Below are positions 1 to 12,945 of a DNA stretch of 64,000 nt, piece by piece. Every line of letters begins with the position of its first letter. The stretch's first letter is position 1. The DNA is from Octopus sinensis (Eukaryota), in NCBI RefSeq assembly GCF_006345805.1, contig NC_043019.1, forward strand, positions 7,191,360 to 7,255,359, in the 5' to 3' direction. The position numbers were made by a program, and so were the translations under genes. The notes beneath the pieces are model-generated. The model worked only from the letters and a program-made list of their open reading frames with translations, made no database searches and was not told the origin of the DNA.

Positions 1-685
1 CATTATTTGCCCATGACTTCTTGTTTTGAAACATTCGGACAAATCTTTCTGTCCACTCACTCTATGTTTCATATCTAAACGATCATTTCTCGACGTCCAT
101 AACGAAACTAGACTAAGATAACAAGAGTCGTAAATGCGAAAAGTTTGAAAAGGAGCAATAACGAACACCTTCAGTATCTGATATCACTGAAGAGCCAAAG
201 CTTTAAGTGACCAACGAGCATATAGCGCTCGAAATAACAGGGAATAGTTTAACTAAATCTACACCATATTACAACGAATCACCAAACCTCAAGAATTGGA
301 TTGTTTTCCTGTTACTTTCTCTAACAGCTTGTGGCTTGATATACTAAGTAATCAGTTGATAGTTTTGTAGATCATTCCAGTCAAATAGTGACTTTATTGG
401 GCCTGAACGCTCCAGATTTCATCATTCTTCTTTCGCAATCATTAAGAAAGAATTGAATTCATAACGTTCATAGACGAAACATATATAACAAGGCATCGCT
501 TACGAGTGTTTAAAATTCCACTAAACAACCTCTCAAATGAACTGCTATATTATTGCAACATTCCGGAAATATTGAAAGGCTAAGATTTCGATTCAGAACA
601 CAGAAAGGTGGAGCGAATATCCCAATGCTTATTAATGCCTGAAAACATCCCTGCACAACATTGTCAACAACACACCCACAAATAT

Positions 686-800
686 GACCGCGTGACGTAG
701 TGGTTTAGGTGCTGGTTTCAGAATCATAGGAACGGGGTTCGATTCCTGTAATGGGTGGCGCTAGAGTCCTTGACCGAGATGCACCAGTTCACATTATTGT
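686..800 (+). mobile_element. Degenerate tRNA-derived SINE head (family C-like)
   Basis: A-box-like GACGTAGTGG and B-box-like GGTTCGATTCC, followed by GTCCTTGACCGAGATGCAC, which resembles the CTTGAGCAAG core of the copies at 28.9 and 60.6 kb. Confidence 0.45.
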
Positions 801-1394
801 TATCTCTTTTTCTGACAATCAATTGTTCATGTAATCAATTTTCCCTTCCAGAAGTCACCCTTTCAATGCCATTTGACTGGAGAGCCGAGGACATGTCCAC
901 GTCGCCCTTTTATTACAGCTAAATCTATGCTTATGAATGAAGTATTTAACATTCTGTATATACTAAAGTTTGTAATGATACTGCAAAGAAAATCATAACT
1001 AGTAATGACTACAATAGTATCGGAGATAAAGGAATAAACTAAAAATTGGGGGAGATTATGCAGAACGTTTTAGGTCTGATATCTGTGACATGCGTCGACA
1101 ATTCAGGTCAAGTTCCACTCTTAATAAACGTCCCCAGCTAATACAATTCTTCGCGCGTTTACGATAACTACGTGTAATGTAGAAAATATGTAGGATTGTA
1201 TTGAAGAAATATTCACTGATAAGAGAAGAAATGAAGAACGAGGAATTTATTTTAAAATCAATTTGAAGTTCGAAGCTGTCTCCTTTGACATGGAGAAGAA
1301 CAATCATTGACATGAATGCAATTAGCGTCTATCTAATTGTATATTGTTCGTACATCAGGGAACTCTGATAACTTTCCACCTAATTTTACATATA

Positions 1395-1800
1395 AACATA
1401 CACGCACACACACACACACACGCACCTGCACATAGGCATATACATAGGTATGTACTTTTGTATTATGAATATATACATATACATACGCAAATATATATGT
1501 GTGTGTGTATATGTATGTATATATATATATATATATTATTTTATTAAGCATATCTGTATGCATATATACGTATTACATATCATATATCTGTCATATATAT
1601 ACACACACATATATCTATATACAGATATATATATGCATATACATATGTTACTGTGTATGTATATAAATAAATTTGTGTCTGTATACGTGAGTGTTTGTGT
1701 GTGTGCGTGAGTGTGTACATGTGTTTATGTGTGTGTGTGTGTGTGTGTGTGTGCCTCTGTGCCTATGTGTGTGCGTTTGCGTGCAGAGATAGAGGAAAAG
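1395..1800. repeat. Compound (CA)n/(TA)n/(TG)n microsatellite field
   Basis: Directly visible; explains the HIYIY/CVCV ORFs. Confidence 0.95.
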
Positions 1801-2439
1801 AAAGAGAGGGAAATATTGTTAATTTAAACATCCGACGGTGTGTAAGGTGAACAAAACCTTTCTCGTGCAACAAATATATCTTACTTAAAAAAGAAAAAGA
1901 ATCTTACTTAGACATACGGAGACTTTACAGTCCACAATTTTACAACGAAATTAATAACCTACCAGTATGAACTAAAGACCTTCAGTCGAAAAGTCTGTTA
2001 TCGATAAATACTAATTTGACGCGACAGCATTAATCAAAAGTGTGCTTCTGTGCTGAAAATTGTTCGCTACAGAATGAAAACCAAAAAACAAAAAAAAAAG
2101 AAGGTAAAAAATCATAATATATCTCTAAAAAGATATTCGACTTAACAATATCAAAAGTCGCTTCAATCTCGAGCTTGAAATAATGAGGATAATTGTCGGC
2201 ATCCATGTGCCATTTAAGAATGCTAAAATCAGGGGCGAATAGTGCTGCAAAGACATGCATAAATCGCATGAAATCGCCACAGGTGGCGCCGTTGAAGTTG
2301 TGAGTAAACTGTGCATTATGCTTGAACCAGAGAAGGATCTAATGAATGGATTATGGTAAAAAATGTGAATATGGTGCACGATGTCGCTTACAGTTTAGCA
2401 TTCCTATTTTATCTCTGACGTGTAAGTAGAAGCAGTAAT

Positions 2440-2907
2440 TAATGGAAGTAGCCGACATCTGGAAAGCTCTGAAGAAGCAGTACAAAACAAAGGTTTCAAC
2501 TTTGCGACAACCATCAAGTGCATTCCATACTTTGACATAATAGCACCTATTGAAGAAACAGCTATAAAGTTACCAAAAAGTCAGGGATGGCATAATAGCC
2601 CCTATTGTAGAGATGGCCATAAAGATACCAAAAGCTCAGCGCGATGGAAAGTGAGACAGGTACTAGAAAAAGGGAACCAAACATCATTAAGGAAGAAACG
2701 TTCGCTATCAAAAGACTACAGAGTGACGATTCCATCATAGTACTTCCAGCGGACAAGGGAAATGCTACAGTGGTGATGAACAAGTTTGACTACTCGGAAA
2801 AACTGGTAATTCTTATAAGTGATGGTAGCTACAGGAAAGTAAAGAAAGGCTCTACTTTGAAAACAAGGAGGAAGTTGTCACAGATCTTGAGCAAGAACAA
2901 GGTTTAA
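2440..2907 (+). mobile_element. Penelope-like retroelement fragment (region upstream of the RT core), frameshifted
   Basis: Translation ...KGFNFATTIKCIPYFDIIAPIEETAIKLP... then IKRLQSDDSIIVLPADKGNATVVMNKFDYSEKL; the ADKGNATVVM..xDY motif is characteristic of Penelope/Poseidon/Neptune ORFs. Confidence 0.75.
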
Positions 2908-3624
2908 TTTTGCACCGACTTCTAGTGATCAAATATTTTGTACATCAATTCACTTCTAAAGAGAAAACCGCTGTCCAATCACATTTATACTTATGTAAAT
3001 TATTTTATAAACCTCAAAGCATAACATAACTTCCTGTACAAACAACGCGATGACATCTTGAGAGTTTATCTCTACCTTCCTAATGCAAACAGGTAAAATA
3101 TCCGGAAAAATACTAACACGTACATCATCCTGTGAACCAAATAATACTTACCCCCTGCTTACAATCTCTTTTGAACTCTTAAAAGCTCCATTGCATAAAT
3201 GTTGACTTAACAAATTAAATACACCTAACGACAACAATTTAATTCCTGGAACACTGAACTTTAACTTTAACATTCCTAAGACAAATGGTTAAATATTTCA
3301 CTCGTTTCCGAATATGACTAACAACATATAAACGTGTATTAACAAGGCCATTACATTTATCCGCATTCTCTTGAAAATCCCGAAAAACCAACCCCATGAT
3401 CTGAAAATGACTCATCTGAATAGACACACTGAAAATGTTCTACATGCATGAATAAATTTTGAACATTAATACGATCAATGAAAATATGCCATAAAACATC
3501 TCCACCACCGCTTACGTTACAATATGGGTATCATTTAACGGGGGTCTACTTATGGGGTGGGTCCTACCCCATACAACTTTACCTTAGCAGAGACTATATA
3601 AGGTCAATATGGACTCAAATGTTC

Positions 3625-3670
3625 CACAGTCTGACGATGAGTTAGCTGGCCGAAACTTCGAAGTCACAAT
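3625..3670 (+). ncRNA. Decayed type I hammerhead-like motif, probable Penelope terminal-repeat relic
   Basis: CTGACGA (3631-3637), GAAAC (3652-3656), stem III ACTT-cg-AAGT then C (GTC at 3663-3665); stems I and II mostly lost. Confidence 0.35.
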
Positions 3671-3699
3671 CAATACTATACTTGTTAAGGAATAATACA

Positions 3700-3729
3700 C
3701 ACATAGGTACGTATACATATATATATGTA

Positions 3730-3778
<49 letters not shown>

Positions 3779-3815
3779 ATATATAAAGTTAATCCAAACA
3801 CACACACACACACAC

Positions 3816-3858
<43 letters not shown>

Positions 3859-3899
3859 GAGAGATATTTACACACATATATATGCATATATATATATAT

Positions 3900-3978
<79 letters not shown>

Positions 3979-4110
3979 TATGTACACAAATATACACACA
4001 CATATATATATATATATATAGAGGAGAGAGAGAGGGAGAGAGAGAGAGACAGAAATATATATATGTACTTACATGTATACATACATACAGGCAGACATAG
4101 ATACATACGT
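3700..4110. repeat. (TA)n/(GA)n/(CA)n microsatellite field
   Basis: Directly visible. Confidence 0.95.
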
Positions 4111-4631
4111 GTATGGCTGTGAGGATAGACATAGGAAAAGGTGGAAAGGGCGGTTGTGGGAGCGAATAAGAGCAACGGAGAGTTAAATAAATAGAAACAT
4201 AATTAAATAGAGAATGAACAACCATGATAACAGAGACGTATACAAACAGAACGACATACAGACAGACATAGGAACAAAGTGCCTTAAGATATTCCATGCT
4301 CAACAACTTTACCAAAATTTTTTTTTGTTTCTTTTTCTTCTATTTTCCAAATATGTTCAGTAGACATCAAATCATGAAGATTTCCATTTTTTTCTGCTAA
4401 TTACGTCTGACTGCATGCTTTCTGTTTTCCGTTTCTTTTATTTATTTCAGATTCTCACGGGATTCTTTGTTTTTTTTTTACCTTCAATTTTTGTATATTG
4501 TACTGTAGATGTTTGTTTTTTTTTATTTTAGGTTGCTATATCTTTTTCAAATAAATGAACGAGATATTTTCGAAGACATACTACGAAGGAATTTCGAAGG
4601 AAGAGAGTAGGGAGAGAAACAAAGTGAGATA

Positions 4632-4633
4632 TA

Positions 4634-4712
<79 letters not shown>

Positions 4713-4760
4713 AAGAAGAAGAAGAAGGAGAACAACAACAACAACAACAACAACAACAAG
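4632..4760. repeat. Compound trinucleotide array (AAT)n-(GAA)n-(CAA)n
   Basis: Directly visible. Confidence 0.95.
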
Positions 4761-5083
4761 ATGAAAAAGATTAGAATATATGTGATTATATGGTATATAT
4801 ATATATGTATGTATATATGTAGTGTGCATTATTGGCTGTACTGGTGCGTATATATGTACACTAAACATTATATAATCAAAATTATTTACACGTACGTAAG
4901 TCTGCATGTGTGCGTGTGTTTGTGTATCTGCATTTTTATGTTTGTGTGTATGTTTGTCTGTACATGTGTATGTGTGTGTGTGTGTATTTGTCTGCATATG
5001 ACAAACGTATCCAGTGCTTAACACGTTGAGCAGGACATTTTAGTTCAGGTTCCTCGCGTCTGCTTCGCTGAAATGGCTACACC

Positions 5084-5125
<42 letters not shown>

Positions 5126-5176
5126 TTCTCTCTCTCTCTCTTCTCTCTCTCCTCTCTCTCTCTCTATCTCTCTCTT

Positions 5177-5213
<37 letters not shown>

Positions 5214-5318
5214 ATCTCTATATATATATATATATAATATATATATATATATACATATAGATATATATCTGTATATATATATATATATATATATATGTTG
5301 TGTGTACATATATATATC

Positions 5319-5356
<38 letters not shown>

Positions 5357-5368
5357 AATATATGTTTA

Positions 5369-6018
5369 TTTGATTTTCACTCTCGATAAATTCATCCCCT
5401 TTTTGTGTTCCCAGCACTCGGCATCTTAATTTAGGAGCCCTTAATTGTATAACTACATGAATGATATTTTTCTATATGAATAATATTTTTGTCTTATGAC
5501 TAATTCGTCTTTTGTGCTGGGCACCTGGTAGTAAATATATTACTACCCTTCTTGTTTATATTCGCATATTACATGATGGATTTATTCGTAAAATTCTTCC
5601 CGGCATGCCCTATACTGCCGTGTAAGTTTTGCGTCTGCGCAGAGATTTGAAAAGTTAAGATCTGCTAGTAGTCGAGATCAACACATGGTCCCACATCGCT
5701 GCAGACCTCGATTCAATTTAGGCGACTCGCTGACGAAGCCAGCCTTAGCAAACATATTCTGTGTTTTGCTAGAAAGAAGCAGAAACGTGCGGTTCGAGTT
5801 GTTAAAGTTATCGGTAACGTTTTTGATTTTCACTCTCGATAAATTCATCCCCTTTTTGTGTTCCCAGCACTCGGCATCTTAATTTAGGAGCCCTTAATTG
5901 TATAACTACATGAATGATATTTTTCTATATGAATAATATTTTTGTCTTATGACTAATTCGTCTTTTGTGCTGGGCACCTGGTAGTAAATAATATTACTAC
6001 CCTTCTTGTTTATATTCG
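5369..6018 (+). repeat. Partial tandem duplication: about 196-bp direct repeats (5369-5564, 5822-6018) around a 257-bp unique core
   Basis: On reading, the two copies are identical except for a 1-nt indel (gtaaatatattac vs gtaaataatattac); period 453-454 bp. Confidence 0.95.
5723..5801 (+). ncRNA. Type I hammerhead ribozyme-like motif with imperfect stem II base
   Basis: Stem I CGACTCG (5723-5729) pairs with CGAGTTG (5795-5801); CTGACGA 5730-5736; GAAAC 5782-5786; GTT triplet 5792-5794; inner hairpin TAGCAAACATA-ttc-TGTGTTTTGCTA. Confidence 0.55.
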
Positions 6019-6047
6019 TATGTATATATATATATATATATACATAT

Positions 6048-6135
6048 GCCTTTTATCTTTTTTCATCTTTCAAGTATTTTAGTCATTAGACTGCGGCCAT
6101 ACCCGGGTGCCGCATTGAAGGACCTTTAGTCGAGT
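6048..6135 (-). mobile_element. SINE family B 3' tail fragment
   Basis: TTTTAGTCATTAGACTGCGGCCAT matches the reverse complement of the ATGGCCGCAGTCAAATGAC tail at 17408-17427. Confidence 0.7.
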
Positions 6136-7009
6136 GTATGGAATACACACACACACGCACACACATACATATAGATAGAGACATATAGAGAGATAGGTAG
6201 ATAAATAGACAGATAGATAACACTAGATAGATATTTGTACTTGTGTACATGTGTGTGTGTGTGTGTGTGTTTGTGTATGATGTGCTGCATTCGGGCATCG
6301 ATATATACACATGTGCAAATCTATCCGCAAGTTCAAAACGAAACATTGTTTTTGTAAACTACTTTCCAACGTTGAAGCCTTGTCTCTCTGTTAGAAACGA
6401 GTTTCTTACCGAACCATAGAATGGACATGAGGAAAAACCGAAAGCAGACATACATACAAACATACATACATACACACACACACACACATATATATGTATA
6501 CATACATACATACACACATACATACATAATACATACGTACATATATACATACAAATATATACACACCGTCACACACACATATACGCATTCACACATGCAC
6601 AGGCAGTCATATATATAAACGCACACCCAAACCACATATATTCACATATGAGCATATATATATAAATAGATAGATAGCTATTCGCTAATTCTTGATTTAT
6701 TGTAATTATCTCCGCCTGCAGAGGTGTAAAACAATCTCAAGAAAAAAGAAATTTCAAACATAAACATGGCATGATGCCAAAAGACGTTCTGATTTTTTGC
6801 AAGACACATATATAAATATATACAAACTTACATGTATGTGTACATATATGCATAGATACATACATACACTTGCGTAAATATATATGTATATATACATACA
6901 TTTATGTAAATATATATATGTATGTATGTATGTTTGTATGTATATATATGCGAGCGGGTGTATATATATCTATATATCTATATCAATATGTATATCTATC
7001 TATCTATCC

Positions 7010-7043
<34 letters not shown>

Positions 7044-7044
7044 A

Positions 7045-7390
<346 letters not shown>

Positions 7391-7476
7391 TACAATCAGA
7401 GATCCCCACCTCAGAGTGATATACTTTGAATGTGAAGCTTTTGTCGTTTGCTTATGCACAAACAAAAGGACACACA

Positions 7477-7525
<49 letters not shown>

Positions 7526-7564
7526 ACACAAACCCCCCCCACACACACACACACACACGCACAT

Positions 7565-7705
7565 ATTCGAGCGACTCCCTTCAGCTTACGTTTAGCAAAT
7601 CCACTCACTAGTCTTTGATCAGTCCGAGGTGTAGGGGGAGACAGCTCTCCAAGGTCCCACGCCATGGACTTGATCGCAACACAACACGGATGTGAAGCAA
7701 ATTTC
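7565..7705 (-). mobile_element. SINE family B, 5' half, degenerate
   Basis: CTTCAGCTTACGTTTAGCAAATCCACTCAC is the reverse complement of the family B body. Confidence 0.65.
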
Positions 7706-7714
7706 TCGATCTTA

Positions 7715-9270
7715 CAATCACGCCTGCACCAAATGTTTTGTTTATTTTTCATTCTGGAATCCGCCCTATTTGTCTGAGTGGGATAAAAGATTTGGTTCCA
7801 CGTGTTTCTTTTATGAATATTTGTACCGGACGATGGTTTGTGAAATGATTCCTATTTCGTCGCCATATCTCTGAATGTTGGAGGAGACATGTAGCAATAT
7901 GATAAAAACATCGTCAACAGAAAAAAAAAAGGAAGCGTGTACTTAGATATTTGGAACCTGAACGCAGAATGAAAACAAAAGTTTTTTGAACCATTCAGCC
8001 ACTCTTGCAAACACAAATATTTAATATCCAAATTTACAAAGAAAAAAAGAAGAATTCGGACGAGAAGAACGATAGCAGTAACATAAAATATTTATATGAG
8101 TCAGTTTTAGAAAAAAGGGAAAATATGAATGAAGTATGACAGAAAATATTTCATCTTTGCTTAATATATTTAGCCAGTAGAAAGCAAGGAAATTTGTCAG
8201 ATTGATCTATGTTGCGAATATAGGAATGAGATTTTAAATACTGTGGAAAGTCAAGTCGGAGGTCGTCCCGACTGAAGTGTGCAATGATGTATTTTGCTAC
8301 AAACGTGGCATGGCATATTTCATCGAAGGTTTGGTGATGTGGATGACAGCTCTTAAATCGTGCAACAGTACGTGAAAAAGAAACGGAATTGAATTTTCAC
8401 AAAAACAGACTTTTTTACTGACATGTTACCATTTCAATAGCCAGTTGTGTAGTTTTGTTACACAGCGATATAGAGTGGCGCACAAAAGCATGTTGCAAAA
8501 TGGTGGTGTATAGAAATGAAATATTTGATATCCAAAGACCAGAAAAACATCCCGGTGGGATATGTTACTGTGTTGGAGAGAAGTTGTAAATTCGACGCTT
8601 GGCGTATAAATGAATGCTTCTTTGTGAATGCCACTTAATTACTTTCAATAGAAGAGTAGGAGGGTTACATAGTATGAGCACCATGGTATTAATGACAACC
8701 ATGAGTGAGGGGAGTATCATTGATCCTATTCACAACGCATTATAGGGTCACATTATGGATAATAGTCAATTTGGAATGATAAGCACAGCAATCAACTCAT
8801 CCTGAATTCACCGTCGTCTGGAACCGAAGATGAAATGCATGGCGAAGGCATAAATCCTTAGTTCATAGCATCTACAAGCAATAACACGGTTGCATCGCCT
8901 TCTAGCAATGTAAAAAGTCCTTGCTCACTGTAGGGAACTGTGTGAAAGAAACAGTGAGAAAATTAATGAACACTGATTAATGGCAATTAAGGAGCTGCGA
9001 ATCATTGAAAATATGATCCAGACGTTCCTGAAATGGCTGGAATTGGCGATAATTTGAATGGTCATCGATGTCCGATTTAATTTGATGTTGAACGTAAAAC
9101 AGGGGGAAGCAGAAAGTGTGCTAACTGAGGGTAAGGAGAGCAAAGAGGGTAAAGTTAATATGATGTGGAGAAATTACTGCTGAACATCAACGAAGGATGC
9201 TTCTGGACGTAAGAGGACAGCAAGGATGTTGGCTATTTGATGAGTTACTCGAAAATGCCCGAGAAAAATT
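7715..9270 (+). pseudogene. Unidentified decayed coding-like segment (possible DNA transposase or viral relic)
   Basis: 1.5 kb of high-complexity sequence free of microsatellites; protein-like stretches broken by stops and frameshifts; no family recognised. Confidence 0.3.
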
Positions 9271-9424
9271 CAAAGGACTCACCTTCCGCAAGATAATGCA
9301 ATCAGCTGTTGATCAGAGATTCTTGATGTTAAGATAATAACACAAAAATATATTGGGTTACCTCCTCTACCGAATATACTCACACCCACACACATCCTTC
9401 TGGATAATATATTATATATAAAGT

Positions 9425-9569
9425 TTCTTCTTCTTCTTCTTCTTATTATTATTATTATTATTATTAATATTAGTATTATTATTATTATTATTATTATTAT
9501 CATTATCACTATCATATATTATTATTATTAATATTATTTTTATTATTATTAATATTATTATTATTATTA

Positions 9570-9600
<31 letters not shown>

Positions 9601-9732
9601 CATTATTATTATTATTATTATTATCATTATTATTTTATTATTATTATTCTCCTTCTTCTTCTCCTTCTTCACCATTGTCTTCTTTTTCTTCTTCCTGCTT
9701 CTCTCCTCCTGCTCCTCTTTCTTTTTCTTCCT

Positions 9733-9796
<64 letters not shown>

Positions 9797-9815
9797 GTAG
9801 TAGTAGTAGTAGTAT

Positions 9816-9856
<41 letters not shown>

Positions 9857-9910
9857 TTACTACTACTAGTAGTAGTATCACCATCATCATTATTATTATT
9901 ATTATATTTT
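9425..9910. repeat. Compound trinucleotide array (TCT/TAT/CAT/TAG)
   Basis: Directly visible. Confidence 0.95.
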
Positions 9911-10583
9911 TATTATTCTGCCATGTCCCTCAACGTTCAGTTTAATGTCATTTATCTTTTGAAGGGCCAAAGGAAATTGAACACTTCGCTGCACACGTGT
10001 TCAAGCAACCGTTCCAATTTAAATCACATCTTGCCAAATTCTGCCCTATATGTCTGCATTTCCTTTTTCATATTTTCTTCTTTGTACTCTTAAGACATTC
10101 TTGCAAATGTCGAAATATCAAGCTGAGCTAGTAGCGTCTATTTCCCTAGTTTTGTGGGTTTTTTTTATAATTATTATTGTCCAAACTTATTCATGCGTTA
10201 TGTCACGACTTATGACATCAAGCTCGATGTCAAGAAATTATCATTATTATTATCATTATTATTATCATCATCATTATTATTACTATTATTATTATTATCA
10301 TTATTATTATCATTATTATTATTATCATTATTATCAATATTAACATTATTATTAGTAGTATTACTTTCTTTTTCTTATTTCAAATTTGCTTCCATTTCTT
10401 GCCGAGTGTCTTCCCGACTCCTAGGGAAAAGAAACTCATAGTATACATTGGTAGGCCATTAAACCAAACTCAATAGTTCGTTAATTTTTTTTTTTTAAAG
10501 TTAAATTAAAATACATGAGCAGCAACAGTTCTCACATCGACAATGCTCTTTTCAATACGTGTGATGTACCAGTTAAGACGATC

Positions 10584-10620
<37 letters not shown>

Positions 10621-10665
10621 ATTATTATATTATTATTTTCATTATTATTATTATCATCATCATCA

Positions 10666-10733
<68 letters not shown>

Positions 10734-10744
10734 GTTATTCTCAT

Positions 10745-10925
10745 GGTGGCAAGATGCCAGAATCGTCAGCACGCTGGTCCAAGAGCTTAGCGTTAATTCG
10801 CCCGTCGCCACGTTCTGAGTTCAAATTCCACGCAGGTTGGCTTTACCATTCGTCCTTTTAGAGTGGATTATATATGTACCAGTTACGCACTGGAGTTGAT
10901 GTAATCGACTTAATCCCTCCCAAAA
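10745..10925 (+). mobile_element. SINE family A
   Basis: GGCAAGATGCCAGAATCGTCAGCACG head, B-box-like GAGTTCAAATTCC, GTACCAGTTACGCACTGG body. Confidence 0.85.
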
Positions 10926-10979
10926 TTTGAAATCATCATCATCATCATTATTATTATGATTATTATTATCACCATCATA

Positions 10980-11053
<74 letters not shown>

Positions 11054-11078
11054 TATTATTATTATATTATTATTATTA

Positions 11079-11130
<52 letters not shown>

Positions 11131-11575
11131 TGTTAATATCATCATCGTCATCATCATCATCATCCATCATCATAATTCGTTGTTTTGCTTCTCCGAATTA
11201 TTTCTTCCCCAGGGTGTTTCCTCCCCTCCGTCGCCTTCTTCCCCTTTCTCTCCTCTACTTTTAACCCTCTGCTGTTTACTCTCTTGACGTTTAGTCAATA
11301 GACTTGCAGCTATAACGGAGAGAACCTCCCATATAGTTTTTCCAACGGATATATTGACCGGCTTCCCTCCACCTCCACCAGCATTCACTGGAGTCAAGTA
11401 GTTGATTTATCGATCTCTGTCCATCGAAACACTTGATACGTGATAACTCTTGCTTCGTTTCCATTATGTTATCATCATTACCATCATACTTTAAAATCAT
11501 CATCATCATAATCGCCATCATCATAACCATCACAATCATCATCATCATCGTCGTCGTCGTTGTGGTGGTCCTCTG

Positions 11576-11785
11576 CCGGCGAGCTGGCAGAATCGTTAGC
11601 ATGCTGGACGAAATTCTTAGCGGTATTTCGTCCGCCGCAACGTTCTGTGTTCAAATTCTGCCTAAGTTGACTTTGCCTTTCATCCTTTCCGGGGTCGATA
11701 AATTATGTTCTAATACTGGGGCCGATGTACTCGACTATCCCCCTCTCGCAACTTTTAGGCATTGTGCCTATAATAGAAAAGATTA
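11576..11785 (+). mobile_element. SINE family A with tail running into (TAT)n
   Basis: GGCGAGCTGGCAGAATCGTTAGCA...GACTTTGCCTTTCATCCTTTCCGGGGTCGATAAA...GTGCCTATAATAGAAAAGATTATT. Confidence 0.9.
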
Positions 11786-11803
11786 TTATTATCATCATCA
11801 TCC

Positions 11804-11847
<44 letters not shown>

Positions 11848-12764
11848 TTATTCGTAGTAGTTGTTGTTGTTGTTCTTGTTCTTGTTTTGTTGTCATTATT
11901 TGTGGTGGTGTTGGTGCTGTTGCTGGTGGTGGTAATGATAACACTATCATCATTATCACCACTCGTAGTAGTGGCAGTAGTAGTAGTAGTAGTAGCAGTA
12001 GCAGTATTTTCATTGTTATCATCATCATCGTCATCATCATCACCATCACTCTCCGCCTCCTCATCCTCCTCATCATCTTTAACATCATCACCATTATCAT
12101 CATTTTTAATGATTACTATACAGGCTACCTATCATGCTTTTTGTTCTAATTTTCTTCGTTAGTGCCTTCTCCCACCACGACCACCTCCACTCTCCTCCTC
12201 TTCTCCTATTGTTTGCATGTTTATTGAGCAAAAGTCCTCATCTGGCACCGCCTTCAACACTTTAGTCAATCGCATCGACACCGATCCATATTGTGGCGCT
12301 CAGCTTTGCTTTATCGATAAACATCAAAAGATTCACTTTACTATGGCACGGATTTCTCTCGTGTGTGAGCGTGTGTGTGTGTGTGTGCGTTTCTATGTGC
12401 CTGTATGTGTGTGTCTGTTTGTGCGTGTTTATACTTGTCTGTGTGTATTTCTGTGTGTGTATCTGTGTGCGCGTGCATGTGTGTTTGTGTTTGTGTTTGT
12501 ATGTGCCTGTGTGCGTGGCCCTTGTGTGTGTCTTTGTTTGTGTGTGTGTTTGCTTGTGTGTGGGGGCTCGTGTATCTGTGTTGTTTGTGTGTGTGAGTCT
12601 CTGTGTGTATCTGTGCATGTGTGTGTTTGTGTGTGAGTGTGTTTTCTTGTTTGTGGTGAGTGTAAACTTACAGTATTTTTTTCAAGTGGATGGAAATATG
12701 ATGTCGCTCTTTCTTTAGTTCATTTGTTTAATTATTTATTTTTTCTCTCTAATTTCAGCTCAGA

Positions 12765-12945
12765 GCTGCGGCCATGCTGATGCACCGCCGTTAAAACAAT
12801 ATAGCTTGGTACCAGTGACATTGCAACCCATTTCTACAACCAAGCAAGCTGGAGCAACGTAAAATAAAGTAGCTTGCTCCAGAACACGACATAGCCTGGT
12901 CCAGGAACCGAACTCACCACCTCATGCTTGTGAGCCCAATGCACC
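12765..12945 (-). mobile_element. SINE family C fragment, with a family B-type tail motif at its left end
   Basis: GGAACCGAACTC B-box on the minus strand; GCTGGAGCAACGTAAAATAAAGTAGCTTGCTCCAG resembles the copy at 60.55-60.6 kb. Confidence 0.65.

Noticed and set aside
3239-3427. Helitron/PIF1 helicase-like fragment (CNGLVNTRLYVV)
   Set aside because: One weak motif with no neighbouring helicase motifs
5369-6018. TRIM or LTR retrotransposon reading (first repeat runs TG...CA)
   Set aside because: The second copy ends CGTA, and no primer-binding site, polypurine tract or TSD is visible; a partial tandem with a hammerhead fits better
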